From a virus, in the IMG/VR virus record IMGVR_UViG_3300032242_000965, positions 1 to 64,000 of that record: DNA of 64,000 bases; one strand, written 5' to 3'. Of the stretch, positions 1-9,893 are shown piece by piece (position 1 is the first letter of the stretch; each line of letters begins with the position of its first letter). The notes below the pieces were generated by a model, which was not told the origin of the DNA, did not search any database, and saw nothing but the letters and a program-made list of their open reading frames with translations. The translations under genes and the position numbers were made by a program.

Positions 1-416
1 CTATCATACGTTAAACCATTGTCACCGGCAAATCCAGATCCGTCATTAAATTGAATTTGTCCTGATACACCACCGGGAGACCCACTACCACCACCACCGT
101 CAGTTGCCCAACTTAAATTACCTGTACTATCCGTTTGTAGAAATTGCCCATTAGTACCACCAAGAACTTTAAGGTTCTGTACTGGTATAGTTAGTATGCC
201 ACTAACTTGACTAGCATTGATAATACAGTCTGGGCTATCTGTTAATATTTGAGTTAGTGTAGGTTGATGTCCTACAGGTGGATCCATAATAGGATCATTA
301 CCTATGTGAACTGTTTTGGTGTCTGTTGCAAAACCTAATTCACCAATATCTAATTGGGGTAAGTCTGAATGAGCACCGGTGCGAACTTGTATTTTGGAGA
401 TTTGTACTATGGCCAT
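1..416 (-). CDS. Virion structural/tail-fibre-like protein, N-terminal part (runs off the window start)
   Basis: Hand-translated, not in the ORF track: MAIVQISKIQVRTGAHSDFPQLDIGELGFATDTKTVHIGN... resembles the Mtd_N-like N-terminus of fibre proteins; Gly-rich linker and QIQFNDG motif; late promoter 5 nt upstream. Confidence 0.65.
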   Translation of the reverse strand, partial: MAIVQISKIQVRTGAHSDLPQLDIGELGFATDTKTVHIGNDPIMDPPVGHQPTLTQILTDSPDCIINASQVSGILTIPVQNLKVLGGTNGQFLQTDSTGNLSWATDGGGGSGSPGGVSGQIQFNDGSGFAGDNGLTYD

Positions 417-421
417 AGTAG

Positions 422-427
422 TATTTA
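422..427 (-). promoter_or_regulatory. T4-like late promoter TATAAATA (representative of about 19 TAAATA sites)
   Basis: TAAATA also at 2923, 3879, 4377, 6635, 9842, 23101, 24722, 27842, 34670, 36661, 39974, 42126, 49927, 52692, 53740, 54407, 57525 (minus) and 9880, 36696 (plus), each just upstream of a gene start. Confidence 0.75.
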
Positions 428-1111
428 TACAAATTGCGAGTAGTACTGCTCCAATCTGTTAAACCACATGTCACTATATTTGTCAAATTCGTTACCCTCA
501 ATGATGAATTCTTGGTATACTACGTCGGCAGTACACATAAAAATAACACCCTTACGTATCTTTGTACCATGAACTTCATTATGTGCATTAGCATAAGCGG
601 CTAATTGAACAAAGTAATCATCGATCCATTCACGTTTTTTGAATTTATTAGACTGCTTATGATCCATAATACAGTCAGATCCATCATGCACACCACATAA
701 GTCAGTAGTACCTGCATAGACCTTAGGAAAGTATAACGGAACTTCTGTGCCCCAGTATTCGTTACATTTAACTAAACCGTTATTAACGATTTGTTGTGCC
801 ATTTTATGTGCTTGAATACTGTATGGATTACTACCGGGGTCACTAAGAACACCGTTCTTAATATAGTCTTCAATATACTTGTGCATTCGTGTTCCACGAC
901 CTGCAGCCTCTGTAGTAATTGCTTGTGCTTGTGCGGTTCCTACACGCTTGCGCCAATTGTTTAATGCTTGTTTACTTTCTTCACTTTTAGTAGCATCTAA
1001 TACTGTAGTAACACTGGGGAGTTTTTCACCGTCTGGTGTAGCATATCTACGTTTACCGTCGATTGTTACACGCTCCATTGGTTGATAATTATATTTGTTT
1101 GGGTTGTACAT
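425..1111 (-). CDS. PD-(D/E)xK exonuclease (T4-like phage type)
   Basis: LPSVTTVL, RGTxMH, E-VPLY, AGTTD, DHK and QLAAYA motifs. Confidence 0.85.
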   Translation of the reverse strand: MYNPNKYNYQPMERVTIDGKRRYATPDGEKLPSVTTVLDATKSEESKQALNNWRKRVGTAQAQAITTEAAGRGTRMHKYIEDYIKNGVLSDPGSNPYSIQAHKMAQQIVNNGLVKCNEYWGTEVPLYFPKVYAGTTDLCGVHDGSDCIMDHKQSNKFKKREWIDDYFVQLAAYANAHNEVHGTKIRKGVIFMCTADVVYQEFIIEGNEFDKYSDMWFNRLEQYYSQFV

Positions 1112-1117
1112 TTATCT

Positions 1118-1146
1118 ATTATACTACGAATGTATGCGTTTGTCAA
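1118..1146 (-). promoter_or_regulatory. sigma70 consensus promoter
   Basis: TTGACA-17nt-TATAAT, 6 nt before the exonuclease ATG. Confidence 0.85.
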
Positions 1147-1466
1147 ACTCTAAATGATTCTCCGCACCCACAACGATCCCGTTCGTTAGGATTCTTAAAG
1201 TCAAACCCTTCATTCAACCCATTACGTAGATAATCTATTTTCATACCCTTTAGATATAGCATATCTTTATTAGATATTAATATAGTAAATTCAGGATAAC
1301 TTATACGTTCATCAAATGGATCGAATTTTATCTCTTTAACATATTCTAATACATATGCTAAACCACTACAACCTGTAGTACGTACACCTATGCGTATACC
1401 TTGACAATGTTTCTTACTTATTAATTGTTTAACTTTATTAACTGCAACCTCAGTTAAGTGTACCAT
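1143..1466 (-). CDS. iscA: Fe-S cluster A-type carrier
   Basis: TTGCSGLAY and C-terminal CGCGESF signatures. Confidence 0.95.
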   Translation of the reverse strand: MVHLTEVAVNKVKQLISKKHCQGIRIGVRTTGCSGLAYVLEYVKEIKFDPFDERISYPEFTILISNKDMLYLKGMKIDYLRNGLNEGFDFKNPNERDRCGCGESFRV

Positions 1467-1836
1467 ATTTTTCTTTATAGTTAGTTACTGCTGCTTTAAT
1501 CGCATCCTCCGCAAGGATGCTACAATGGATTTTAACGGGAGGCAGTGCAAGTTCTTCTGCAATCTCTGAATTTTTAATTTGTTCTGCCTCATTGAGGGAC
1601 TTCCCTTTAACCCACTCTGTAACAAGGCTGGAGCTTGCAATTGCCGATCCACATCCATATGTTTTAAATCTTGCATCTGTAATAATTCCATTCTCTACTT
1701 TAATCTGTAGTTTCATTACATCACCGCATGCGGGTGCACCTACCATACCAGTGCCTACGTTTTCTTCATCCTTGGCAAAGGAACCCACATTTCGTGGGTT
1801 CTCATAATGGTCTATAACTTTGTCACTATATGCCAT
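1450..1836 (-). CDS. iscU: Fe-S cluster scaffold
   Basis: YENPRNVG, APACGD, GCGSAIAS and LPPVKIHCS motifs. Confidence 0.97.
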   Translation of the reverse strand: MAYSDKVIDHYENPRNVGSFAKDEENVGTGMVGAPACGDVMKLQIKVENGIITDARFKTYGCGSAIASSSLVTEWVKGKSLNEAEQIKNSEIAEELALPPVKIHCSILAEDAIKAAVTNYKEKYGTLN

Positions 1837-1837
1837 G

Positions 1838-2182
1838 TTATCCTAATGGGTTAGGTTTGTTTGCTTGTTTGCTTGCCATTTGTTGTAGAGTCTTTTGATT
1901 ATCCCCTACTTCTTGTTCTTGACTATCCATTTCAGGTTCTTGACCTTTAAAGATAACTTCTTTATCATTTACATCGGCAATGATATTACTAAGAGGTTCT
2001 TTTTTGACTATATCAAACAAGTCATTCTTATCAACAGGAACATCGTGCTTTCTTAATATCTTTAAGAAAAGTTCTGTTGGTAAGTTTTGATTATGACCCT
2101 TGAAACGTGATTCTAAATAACTTGCAACAGCAGTTAGACTGACACGTAACGGGTCATCATCAGCGAATTCAAACAGTCTCAT
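1838..2182 (-). CDS. Hypothetical protein, possible head-internal protein
   Basis: MRLFEF start; in a late operon. Confidence 0.55.
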   Translation of the reverse strand: MRLFEFADDDPLRVSLTAVASYLESRFKGHNQNLPTELFLKILRKHDVPVDKNDLFDIVKKEPLSNIIADVNDKEVIFKGQEPEMDSQEQEVGDNQKTLQQMASKQANKPNPLG

Positions 2183-2183
2183 T

Positions 2184-2897
2184 TTAGCGAGTGGATCTGC
2201 CTAATCCAGGTACTTCTTCTTCTGGCTCTTCTGGCATCTCTAAATCTTCTCCACCACCCATGCCTAAATCTTCTTCGCCATCCATAGCAGGTTCTTCAGC
2301 AGGCAATTCACCCATCTCACCATTCATACCCATTTCATCACCGAATCCACCACCCTCACCTGTGATAACACCTAATGCTGAACGTAGTCCAGTCTTAGAT
2401 TGTGTTAATGCGGCTTGTAATGAAGTTAATGCTTCAGTCACTTGACTTTCGAATTGTTCGCTTTCACTTGTACCAAACTCTGAACTGACACCTTGTACAA
2501 CTGCTGGTAATTCTTTTACTAGCATATCACTTACAGATTCAATCATCTTTTGCATTTCGTCAATCATTTCATTGGCTGCTAATACAACTTGTGACTTTTC
2601 AACTTCTTCATTCTCTAATACAATCTTAGGATTGTACATTGGAAGAGTCTTCAACTCACCATAATGATGTGTCAATGCTTGTTCCATGAACATTAGTTTC
2701 ATGTAACTTGGGTTTTGCTCAGTAGGAACATTCTTACTGCTTTCTTTCAATTCAGACATTAAACCCTTGACTTTAGACAACATACGCTTTGTATCGTAGA
2801 TGCCCAATCCGTCAACGTTTAAGTTGGTATTGAAATGTTCCTTCAATGCACGTTTTGCATTTAAAGTTGGTTTGTTGTTAAGTTCGTTTAGTTTCAT
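2184..2897 (-). CDS. Hypothetical acidic coiled-coil protein, possibly prohead core/internal
   Basis: MKLNEL start, VLENEE site, acidic Met/Gly-rich tail; late promoter at 2923. Confidence 0.55.
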   Translation of the reverse strand: MKLNELNNKPTLNAKRALKEHFNTNLNVDGLGIYDTKRMLSKVKGLMSELKESSKNVPTEQNPSYMKLMFMEQALTHHYGELKTLPMYNPKIVLENEEVEKSQVVLAANEMIDEMQKMIESVSDMLVKELPAVVQGVSSEFGTSESEQFESQVTEALTSLQAALTQSKTGLRSALGVITGEGGGFGDEMGMNGEMGELPAEEPAMDGEEDLGMGGGEDLEMPEEPEEEVPGLGRSTR

Positions 2898-2940
2898 AGT
2901 TCTTCCTAGAGTGCTAATAATATATTTATCTTTGGTTCAA

Positions 2941-3420
2941 TTATTTTGTCAGTTTATTAAATTGCTGATCCTGTAATGTATTGGACATACTTGCGTAATC
3001 GTCCAATTCACGTACAATGTTGGTCTTTTTTAGTACTTCCTCGTTCAACTTAGTGTATGCTAGACCCATAGTATCTGTAGTTGTTCTAGACTTTAATAAT
3101 TGTTGCTGTAATTGGATATGTGAGTCAGTACTTGCCAATAATATATCCAATTCTTCTACTTTCCTAGCATACATAATTTTATTGGATTTATCTAGTGTGG
3201 CCCACATAACTGCGTTACGTAAACTATTGAATTTCTTAACGGTATATGTATTAAACTTCTCTATGACATAATCTCCGGATCTTAGTGTTTTAATAAGATA
3301 TTCATCGTACATAATATATCCATTTTCATCTGGGTAGATAATATGTTTTTTAATCTGTCCAATATTGTCTTTGTCTAGTATACGTTTAAGTATCTTAAAC
3401 ATTCTTTTTTCATTCATCAT
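2941..3420 (-). CDS. Hypothetical protein
   Basis: 159-aa ORF overlapping the upstream gene. Confidence 0.6.
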   Translation of the reverse strand: MMNEKRMFKILKRILDKDNIGQIKKHIIYPDENGYIMYDEYLIKTLRSGDYVIEKFNTYTVKKFNSLRNAVMWATLDKSNKIMYARKVEELDILLASTDSHIQLQQQLLKSRTTTDTMGLAYTKLNEEVLKKTNIVRELDDYASMSNTLQDQQFNKLTK

Positions 3421-3874
3421 TTATAACCTCAAAATGTATGTTCTTTAATTCAGGGGTAGTGTCTAAAAAGTTAGGTAGTTTTTCCCATTCAGATCCTACT
3501 TTAATCATGGGTACTCCGTCACAGTCTTTATATAAATTCCCCAATTCATTTATCCCATCATCATATACTTTATTATGCGGTATAGAAACAATAAATGACC
3601 AACATGATGTTGCAACATCCTCATTGTCAAATAAGAAACCGAACATATCTAAACTAGTGTCAAATAATATGATTTCTTGTACAGGGTCTGTAATATCTTC
3701 GGGCTGGCTACGTAATGATAATACTTGTATTATTGTATCAAAATTAGTTTGTGTATTTCTAGTTTTTTCCCAACGTTTAGTTTGTTCTGGAGTGCCATTG
3801 ATAGGGGGTTTACGGTGTATATTCCCTGTCTTTGTTATATCAAATAATGTATAGCACTTTAATTTAAAACTCAT
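3410..3874 (-). CDS. Hypothetical protein
   Basis: 154-aa ORF, TAAATA 4 nt before ATG. Confidence 0.65.
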   Translation of the reverse strand: MSFKLKCYTLFDITKTGNIHRKPPINGTPEQTKRWEKTRNTQTNFDTIIQVLSLRSQPEDITDPVQEIILFDTSLDMFGFLFDNEDVATSCWSFIVSIPHNKVYDDGINELGNLYKDCDGVPMIKVGSEWEKLPNFLDTTPELKNIHFEVINDE

Positions 3875-3892
3875 ACAGTATTTAACAGAGGT

Positions 3893-3923
3893 AAAAAAAC
3901 CCTAGAAAATCTAGGGTCCTTTT
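3893..3923 (-). terminator. Rho-independent terminator
   Basis: CCCTAGA/TCTAGGG stem followed by a T-tract on the minus strand. Confidence 0.8.
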
Positions 3924-3941
3924 ATAGTCGTTAAACTAAAA

Positions 3942-4328
3942 TTATGCTAGTTTGAAACCGTTGTTAGCAACAGTAGCACCAGACAAGTCATAAGTGTTAA
4001 CTGTACCTAATCCTTGGATAGCAGTTTGTAATGTACCTGCTGTCCATGCAGCTACTGGGTAAACAGCGATAGACATTGCACCTGAACTTGCTTCTACTTG
4101 ATAGAAGTGTGTGGTTGCCAATTGAGTGATACAACGGATAACTGCTTCAACTGCACCGCCTGTACCTAATTGACCTGCTGCATCAGCACCTAAGTCTAAA
4201 GAGAAGAACTCTAACTTTGGACCAGCGATTTGAACTGGAACGCCTGTTGTAGCGTAGCCAGGGCCACCTAATGTGTCGATTGCGAATACTGGTAGTACGT
4301 CACCGTGTGTACGAGTTTGAATTGCCAT
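3942..4328 (-). CDS. Probable abundant virion protein (decoration-like)
   Basis: Own late promoter, leader hairpin, strong RBS and terminator; Ala/Gly/Thr-rich. Confidence 0.55.
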   Translation of the reverse strand: MAIQTRTHGDVLPVFAIDTLGGPGYATTGVPVQIAGPKLEFFSLDLGADAAGQLGTGGAVEAVIRCITQLATTHFYQVEASSGAMSIAVYPVAAWTAGTLQTAIQGLGTVNTYDLSGATVANNGFKLA

Positions 4329-4406
4329 GATATTTTTCCTTTAAAAATTTGAGTCTCATATAGATACTCATACTATTATTTATGCCTGGAAGAAAAAAAT
4401 GTTGGT

Positions 4407-5597
4407 TTAGCGGCCTAATAGATTTTGACGGCTAAAGCCCATACGGTCTACGAACTTGAACCCGTTCGCTACATAACCCTCTTGAGTCTGTGTTCCGTCT
4501 TGTAGATAGCCCTTGACTGGACTAGTTTTACTTGCTTTATCTAATTGTTTGACAATAGGGCCTTTTAGATTATAGATAGCACTCCATATCATAAATGCCC
4601 CTATCAATCCTTGCTTGTTAATCTCAAAATGTCCGGGCACTTTCTTCTTTGTAGCAGGATCAACATATCCAAACATCTTACCTCTTACCGCATCAGTCAT
4701 TTGCTTACCTTGAGCAAAAGCCATAAAGTCTTTGAGTAAATTATTGAAATTACCCTGACGTACTTTCTGATTAATAAAACTAGTGAATAGATTACTGTTT
4801 AAATAACTCTTACACCCTTGAGGTGCAACTAATAATTGGTCTACTGCTTGACCATATTGACCAATTAATTGGTCTGCTTTAGATTTCTGAGGTTCACTAT
4901 ATTTTAATTTAGTTTCTATAGGCATTTTACTAGGAATAATTGCTACATTACTATTATTCTTTAACTGTCCTATACTACCATTTAAACTAGTTGCTTCATC
5001 TGTACTGACAGCATTAGGTTTAATATATTGATGTACTGCTATTCCAGCAACTTTGTTCTGCATCAATTTACCTATATCACTATTAGCATCTACTGTATAT
5101 GTGATACCATTTGGATTTGCCTTAAATGTATATAATCCATTCTTTTCTTGTAATGGTTGACTGAACAGTAAATCACCCCAATAATATCCCTGGCTAGGAT
5201 CTTCTTTGCTTAATCCATTCCATATTTGATTTAATATTTGATGTAATCCTGAACGGTCTACACCGCGGTCTACATCATACTTCTGAAACAATTCAGGGGT
5301 ATATGCAATGCGACCAGCACCATCACCTTTGTTAAACATATGCTTATCCATAATAGCAAACTTACCATTAGGTCCGCGACCAAAGATAATTGCAGGATAT
5401 CCGTCCCATTTAATTGTAACTACGTTGGGATTCTGTACAGTAGACACAATAGCGTTTACTGCTGTTTGTGCATAACTACTACCACCAATAAAGATAGCAT
5501 CCTCAGGATGGTCTAAATGGCCCTTAGCCTCATTAAGAATGGCTATAGGGGCATTGATGGTTGTAAGAGTTTCAATTAATTCACGTATCGAATTCAT
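4407..5597 (-). CDS. DUF6267-like protein with RNA/DNA-ligase-type nucleotidyltransferase motifs
   Basis: KWDG (motif I), YWGDLL (III-like), QEGYV (IV), FKFV (V). Confidence 0.6.
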   Translation of the reverse strand: MNSIRELIETLTTINAPIAILNEAKGHLDHPEDAIFIGGSSYAQTAVNAIVSTVQNPNVVTIKWDGYPAIIFGRGPNGKFAIMDKHMFNKGDGAGRIAYTPELFQKYDVDRGVDRSGLHQILNQIWNGLSKEDPSQGYYWGDLLFSQPLQEKNGLYTFKANPNGITYTVDANSDIGKLMQNKVAGIAVHQYIKPNAVSTDEATSLNGSIGQLKNNSNVAIIPSKMPIETKLKYSEPQKSKADQLIGQYGQAVDQLLVAPQGCKSYLNSNLFTSFINQKVRQGNFNNLLKDFMAFAQGKQMTDAVRGKMFGYVDPATKKKVPGHFEINKQGLIGAFMIWSAIYNLKGPIVKQLDKASKTSPVKGYLQDGTQTQEGYVANGFKFVDRMGFSRQNLLGR

Positions 5598-5600
5598 AAT

Positions 5601-6380
5601 TTACTTACCCTGAGCCTGCGCATTTTGTATTGCTCTAAGTAAATTAGCATCGTTGGGATCATTAGGATCTAATCTGCCGCCGGCGGCCATCATATTTTTT
5701 TCTGCAGCAGGTTTTTTTGGTCTAGATGTAGATTGTTGTATAGCACTAGTGGCCGCGGCAACACTAGGATTCCCGCCGTTATTAAATAAACCTGCTATAG
5801 CATTGTTATATTGTTTAGGTGCAATCACCCTTAATTTTATCAGTGTAACTGCGGCAATACTTAATAAATCATCAATTTCTTGAGAAGTATTATTCATATT
5901 TCTAATTTTAGATATAATTTGATTTGTGTCTGTTTCAATAGTAGGAGCTTGTACAGGGGCGACAGCCACTTGGGGTCCAGATTGCATTCTTGTTTGACTG
6001 CTAGCCGGTGGCATCATTAATGCAATATGATAAACTACATTACCTAGTTTTTCTAAACTACCTGTACTAAGTCTATCATTCTCTGCATCACTTACTGATT
6101 TGGCTAAACTAGCTTTATATGCAGGTGCTATTTTCCTTACATCCCATTGATTTTTTCTCCAATACATTGATAGAAACTCATTCAATGTTAAATTAGGATG
6201 AATTTGAAAATCTCTGGTAACCTGCTGTACGAAATTGTTGATGAAGTTTTTTTGTTGATTTGGATCTACTCCTGGTTTCGCAGGTCCATTTATTGTTTTA
6301 CCAAGATATGACCCTAATGCTTTCCATGGATCAATACCGATTCCCCCAGCTTCATCAAGCTTAAATTCATTAGACTTCAT
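5601..6380 (-). CDS. Hypothetical protein, possible head-internal protein
   Basis: Likely start MKSNEFKLDEAG at 6380, overlapping the end of the upstream ORF. Confidence 0.55.
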   Translation of the reverse strand: MKSNEFKLDEAGGIGIDPWKALGSYLGKTINGPAKPGVDPNQQKNFINNFVQQVTRDFQIHPNLTLNEFLSMYWRKNQWDVRKIAPAYKASLAKSVSDAENDRLSTGSLEKLGNVVYHIALMMPPASSQTRMQSGPQVAVAPVQAPTIETDTNQIISKIRNMNNTSQEIDDLLSIAAVTLIKLRVIAPKQYNNAIAGLFNNGGNPSVAAATSAIQQSTSRPKKPAAEKNMMAAGGRLDPNDPNDANLLRAIQNAQAQGK

Positions 6381-6615
6381 CGTTCTTCCTAATACTACGG
6401 GAGAAACGGTCTTGGTCACGGGCTTTAATTGCATTTAATAACTTACGTTCAAGTATCGCAGCCTTTTCAGGATCATAATTCTTATTAATCATTTCTAATA
6501 GATTAATAGCACTAGTAATGATATTATGGGCACGGCTTTCAATAATGTGCTTAGTGTCACGATTATTACCGACTATTTCCAATTCCTCTAAGAGGCTGCG
6601 AGTTTTCTTTTGCAT
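6370..6615 (-). CDS. Hypothetical protein
   Basis: 81-aa ORF downstream of late promoter 6635. Confidence 0.65.
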   Translation of the reverse strand: MQKKTRSLLEELEIVGNNRDTKHIIESRAHNIITSAINLLEMINKNYDPEKAAILERKLLNAIKARDQDRFSRSIRKNDEV

Positions 6616-6637
6616 ATATGTAGATCCCTACATATAT

Positions 6638-8056
6638 TTATCTTCTAGTTATCTTTAATAATGTATTAATTCTTGCATTAATTGCCGAACCCTCGACCTT
6701 TTTCTCCCCGGGTTCTATAGTTTCGTGGATTTTCTCATTTACTGAAGTTACTGTACTACTGGGTTTTAATCTACTCATAATGTCATTTCCTGAGGGTTGA
6801 GGTTGAGGACGATAACTATTACTACCCTCTGGATCTGGGTCTGTGATTCTCAGGGTATTTAAGTCAAATGCTAATTCGATATTCTGACCGACCCCAGAAC
6901 TACTACGGGTTTTCATTAATTGTAATTGATATTGTCCCTTTTCACGCATATGTCTACTTGTAAAAATACCGAATACATTATCCGCTGTATTAATCTTTGA
7001 AATACCACCTGAAATATGACTATGGTCAAATTGAATTTCGTCAACCGCAGTACGATTTAACTGACTTGCTGTTACAAATAATACACGTAATTCTTTTGCC
7101 AAATTACGCAATTCTTCACTTACATATTTGTCTTTAATAAACAAGTCACTTGGGCTGACTTTTGCTGATACTGGCATCAATAGATCCAAATAGTCAACAC
7201 ATAAAAAGTCCAATTTCTTTTTAGTCTTTACTTCCAATTCTTTACAATAACTACGTAAGTCATTTACTGTACTTTGTGCTGGTAGATATTTAATTTGTAA
7301 TCCACCAGACTTTTTAGCAAGCATTTTTACTTTCATTTCAACATCATCAATGTTCTTAAAGATTTCTTTACTTCCAGTATCAGTCATCATACCATCAATA
7401 CGCATAGCACTTAATTCTTCACTTAATTCTAATGAAATATAAGCACCATTTAATCCTGCTTGACTCCAATTAACTGATAAGTTCTGCATAAACAATGATT
7501 TACCAGATCCTGAACCACCTGCAAAGATATTCAATTCTCCTCTGTTGAATCCTCCGTAAAGTTTCTGATCCATGCAGGGCCATCCCGTACTAATTTGTCC
7601 GTTATTATTTTTAAGTTGCAGAAGTCGCCCCCTCGGGTCAGCAAAGTAATCTGTACCCATGTCTTTTGTCAAACTAATCTGCACCGCATCTTTGATTAGT
7701 TTCTCTACTGGGTTATAATCGCCCTTCTCTAATAGGTCAGCACTCTTTAGTATTGCACGTTCTAGTTCTTGTCTACGTGTAAACTTCTCAAACTCATCTA
7801 AGAACCAATCATAGTGACCTTGCTCAAACTCTGTCACTGGTTCTATCTCTATACCTGTTACTGCAACAACTTGTGCGCTATCGGGCAACAAGTTATATTT
7901 CTCCATGTGTTCTTTGAAGAAGTTAGCCACAGGGCGTAAACTCTTATCAAAGTTGTCTGGGTTCATTATGTTCATAACCCTTACATATAATTCTGCGTTT
8001 GTCAACATCATACGCAAGAATAGTGTTTGCACATTTACATTATATTCTTCTACCAT
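6638..8056 (-). CDS. DnaB-like replicative helicase (T4 gp41-like)
   Basis: Walker A GGSGSGKS, SLELSE, VDYLDLL, TASQLNR. Confidence 0.93.
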   Translation of the reverse strand: MVEEYNVNVQTLFLRMMLTNAELYVRVMNIMNPDNFDKSLRPVANFFKEHMEKYNLLPDSAQVVAVTGIEIEPVTEFEQGHYDWFLDEFEKFTRRQELERAILKSADLLEKGDYNPVEKLIKDAVQISLTKDMGTDYFADPRGRLLQLKNNNGQISTGWPCMDQKLYGGFNRGELNIFAGGSGSGKSLFMQNLSVNWSQAGLNGAYISLELSEELSAMRIDGMMTDTGSKEIFKNIDDVEMKVKMLAKKSGGLQIKYLPAQSTVNDLRSYCKELEVKTKKKLDFLCVDYLDLLMPVSAKVSPSDLFIKDKYVSEELRNLAKELRVLFVTASQLNRTAVDEIQFDHSHISGGISKINTADNVFGIFTSRHMREKGQYQLQLMKTRSSSGVGQNIELAFDLNTLRITDPDPEGSNSYRPQPQPSGNDIMSRLKPSSTVTSVNEKIHETIEPGEKKVEGSAINARINTLLKITRR

Positions 8057-9017
8057 TCATTATCTTTCTTTTTTGCATTTGTATCTTAATCTTATTGTTA
8101 GTAGCATATTGAAATATGCTTAACAATGTAGGTAGTTTACCATATCTTACCACAGCGTCATTCACATCTTTAACGTCATTGTGCCAGTTAGGTAGACTAA
8201 CACTATACCCTAACTCCAATGCACGGTCAGTCATTTTTAATCCTGCTTCATCTTGGTCTGGAACTACAATGATACGTTTACCTAGACTGTTTAAAATTTC
8301 TGCTTGTTCGTTGCTAATGTCATCATGCATTACTGCAACACCATCAATACTAATTGCATCGAAAATACCTTCGGTGACTATACATACTTGATAGTCTTGT
8401 TTTTGCTTGTTAGTATTGAACACATAACCAGGTTGCTGGTTGTTAAGATATTTAGGTATTCTGTTATCTAAAAATCTGCTAGTGTTGCCTACGATTTTGT
8501 TCTTGTAATAGTATGGTACTACTACACGATTACTGTTGCGACCTTCGTCATTTGGAGTAACTATAAATCTATAGTTATGTATATCTATCTTGCGTTTAGT
8601 TAGATAATCTATGTATACTTTGTGTTTTGGGTTATTTACATCTAACTCTTCACCTTCAGGTAATTGAGTAGTGTTAAACTTTATGTTGTTCTTTTTCTTT
8701 TGTATTGTAAAGTCTAATAAGTCTTTATATTGTAAACTTTCTAAACTCCAGCGTTGTATTTCAAGTTCATCAATGCCCATCCAACCTAAATATTTTCTAG
8801 TGTTCTTACTAATTGGTTTGCCTAGTGTGAAACTACACTTGAACCCACAGTTGAAACAATGCATTACCCAGTTCTGACCTTCCATACGCAGTCCGCCACG
8901 ACTTCTAGTATCGGGTCTATGTCCGCCGTAGTTACTACAACAAGTTGCATTAAAACTTATCCAACCGTTATGTGCCTTTTTCTTTTTACTAGGAATTAGT
9001 GTAAGGATGTCAAACAT
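8040..9017 (-). CDS. DNA primase (T4 gp61-like)
   Basis: N-terminal Zn-binding region (HCFNCG); TOPRIM motifs TEGIFDA, PDQDEAG, KDVND. Confidence 0.9.
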   Translation of the reverse strand: MFDILTLIPSKKKKAHNGWISFNATCCSNYGGHRPDTRSRGGLRMEGQNWVMHCFNCGFKCSFTLGKPISKNTRKYLGWMGIDELEIQRWSLESLQYKDLLDFTIQKKKNNIKFNTTQLPEGEELDVNNPKHKVYIDYLTKRKIDIHNYRFIVTPNDEGRNSNRVVVPYYYKNKIVGNTSRFLDNRIPKYLNNQQPGYVFNTNKQKQDYQVCIVTEGIFDAISIDGVAVMHDDISNEQAEILNSLGKRIIVVPDQDEAGLKMTDRALELGYSVSLPNWHNDVKDVNDAVVRYGKLPTLLSIFQYATNNKIKIQMQKRKIMNGRRI

Positions 9018-9065
9018 ATTACAAGTTTAACACAAACTGTAAGTAAAAACAAGTAAGTTGGTATA

Positions 9066-9824
9066 TTATCGGGAAAGAATTCTGGTTACTTGTCCAACTG
9101 TACTATCAAATTTTAATTGAATATATGGATGATAACCTGTAACAGTATATCCTTCGGATCCCATCATAGGCATCATGGTATCACTATAATCAAATTCTTC
9201 TATGTCATACCAATGTGAGGTTCCGGTTGTAGAACCTTGCACAGTTACCACACCTACATACCCATCATATGACACTTGTAATGTAATATTAGGATTATAT
9301 TGTGTAGTTAACGTTGAACTGTTATATACACCAGACGGGCCACCGTTATTAGTGTCATGTAATATGTTAAGTGATTGTACTGGCATACGTGATGGGAATA
9401 TACTATTTACAATATCAACATCACCCCTACCCGTACCATTTTTATCTACTAATCCCGGTACACTTAATCCTAATTCGTCAGGTAACTCTAGGCTATAGTA
9501 ACATTTTTGAGTATTAATATCACTTAAATCGTCTGCTGTGGTTCTAAGTTCTGCAATACCCGTTAAAGATAATGTGTTTACTAAACTTTTCTGCAATAAT
9601 ATTTTAGAGTTATCATAACTAATAAGTCTGAAGGTTATTTCCTTACCTGTAATATTTACTGGTTTCTGTTCTTGGTTTAAGAACTGAAATTGCAGTCTAG
9701 TATCACTTCCTTTATGTAGTTTTAATGTTTTAGCGTACACGTTTTCATATCTCCTAGGTGAGGAACCTATATCAATCACTACTAGTTGTCGGGGTATATA
9801 TTGATAAATTTCGGTTGAGTACAA
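9066..9824 (-). CDS. Probable virion structural protein (BppU-like N-terminus)
   Basis: LHKGSDTRLQFQFLNQEQKPVNITG; beta-rich; late promoter; TTG start. Confidence 0.5.
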   Translation of the reverse strand: MYSTEIYQYIPRQLVVIDIGSSPRRYENVYAKTLKLHKGSDTRLQFQFLNQEQKPVNITGKEITFRLISYDNSKILLQKSLVNTLSLTGIAELRTTADDLSDINTQKCYYSLELPDELGLSVPGLVDKNGTGRGDVDIVNSIFPSRMPVQSLNILHDTNNGGPSGVYNSSTLTTQYNPNITLQVSYDGYVGVVTVQGSTTGTSHWYDIEEFDYSDTMMPMMGSEGYTVTGYHPYIQLKFDSTVGQVTRILSR

Positions 9825-9893
9825 TTTTGGCTCCTGTCTAGTATTTATATAAAATAATATATTGGGAAAGATCCGGGTATAAATAACGTAGCA

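Noticed and set aside
425-1111. Cas4 or CRISPR association of the exonuclease next to iscU/iscA
   Set aside because: No Cas4-type C-terminal Cys cluster, and no repeat-spacer array or cas genes seen in the window
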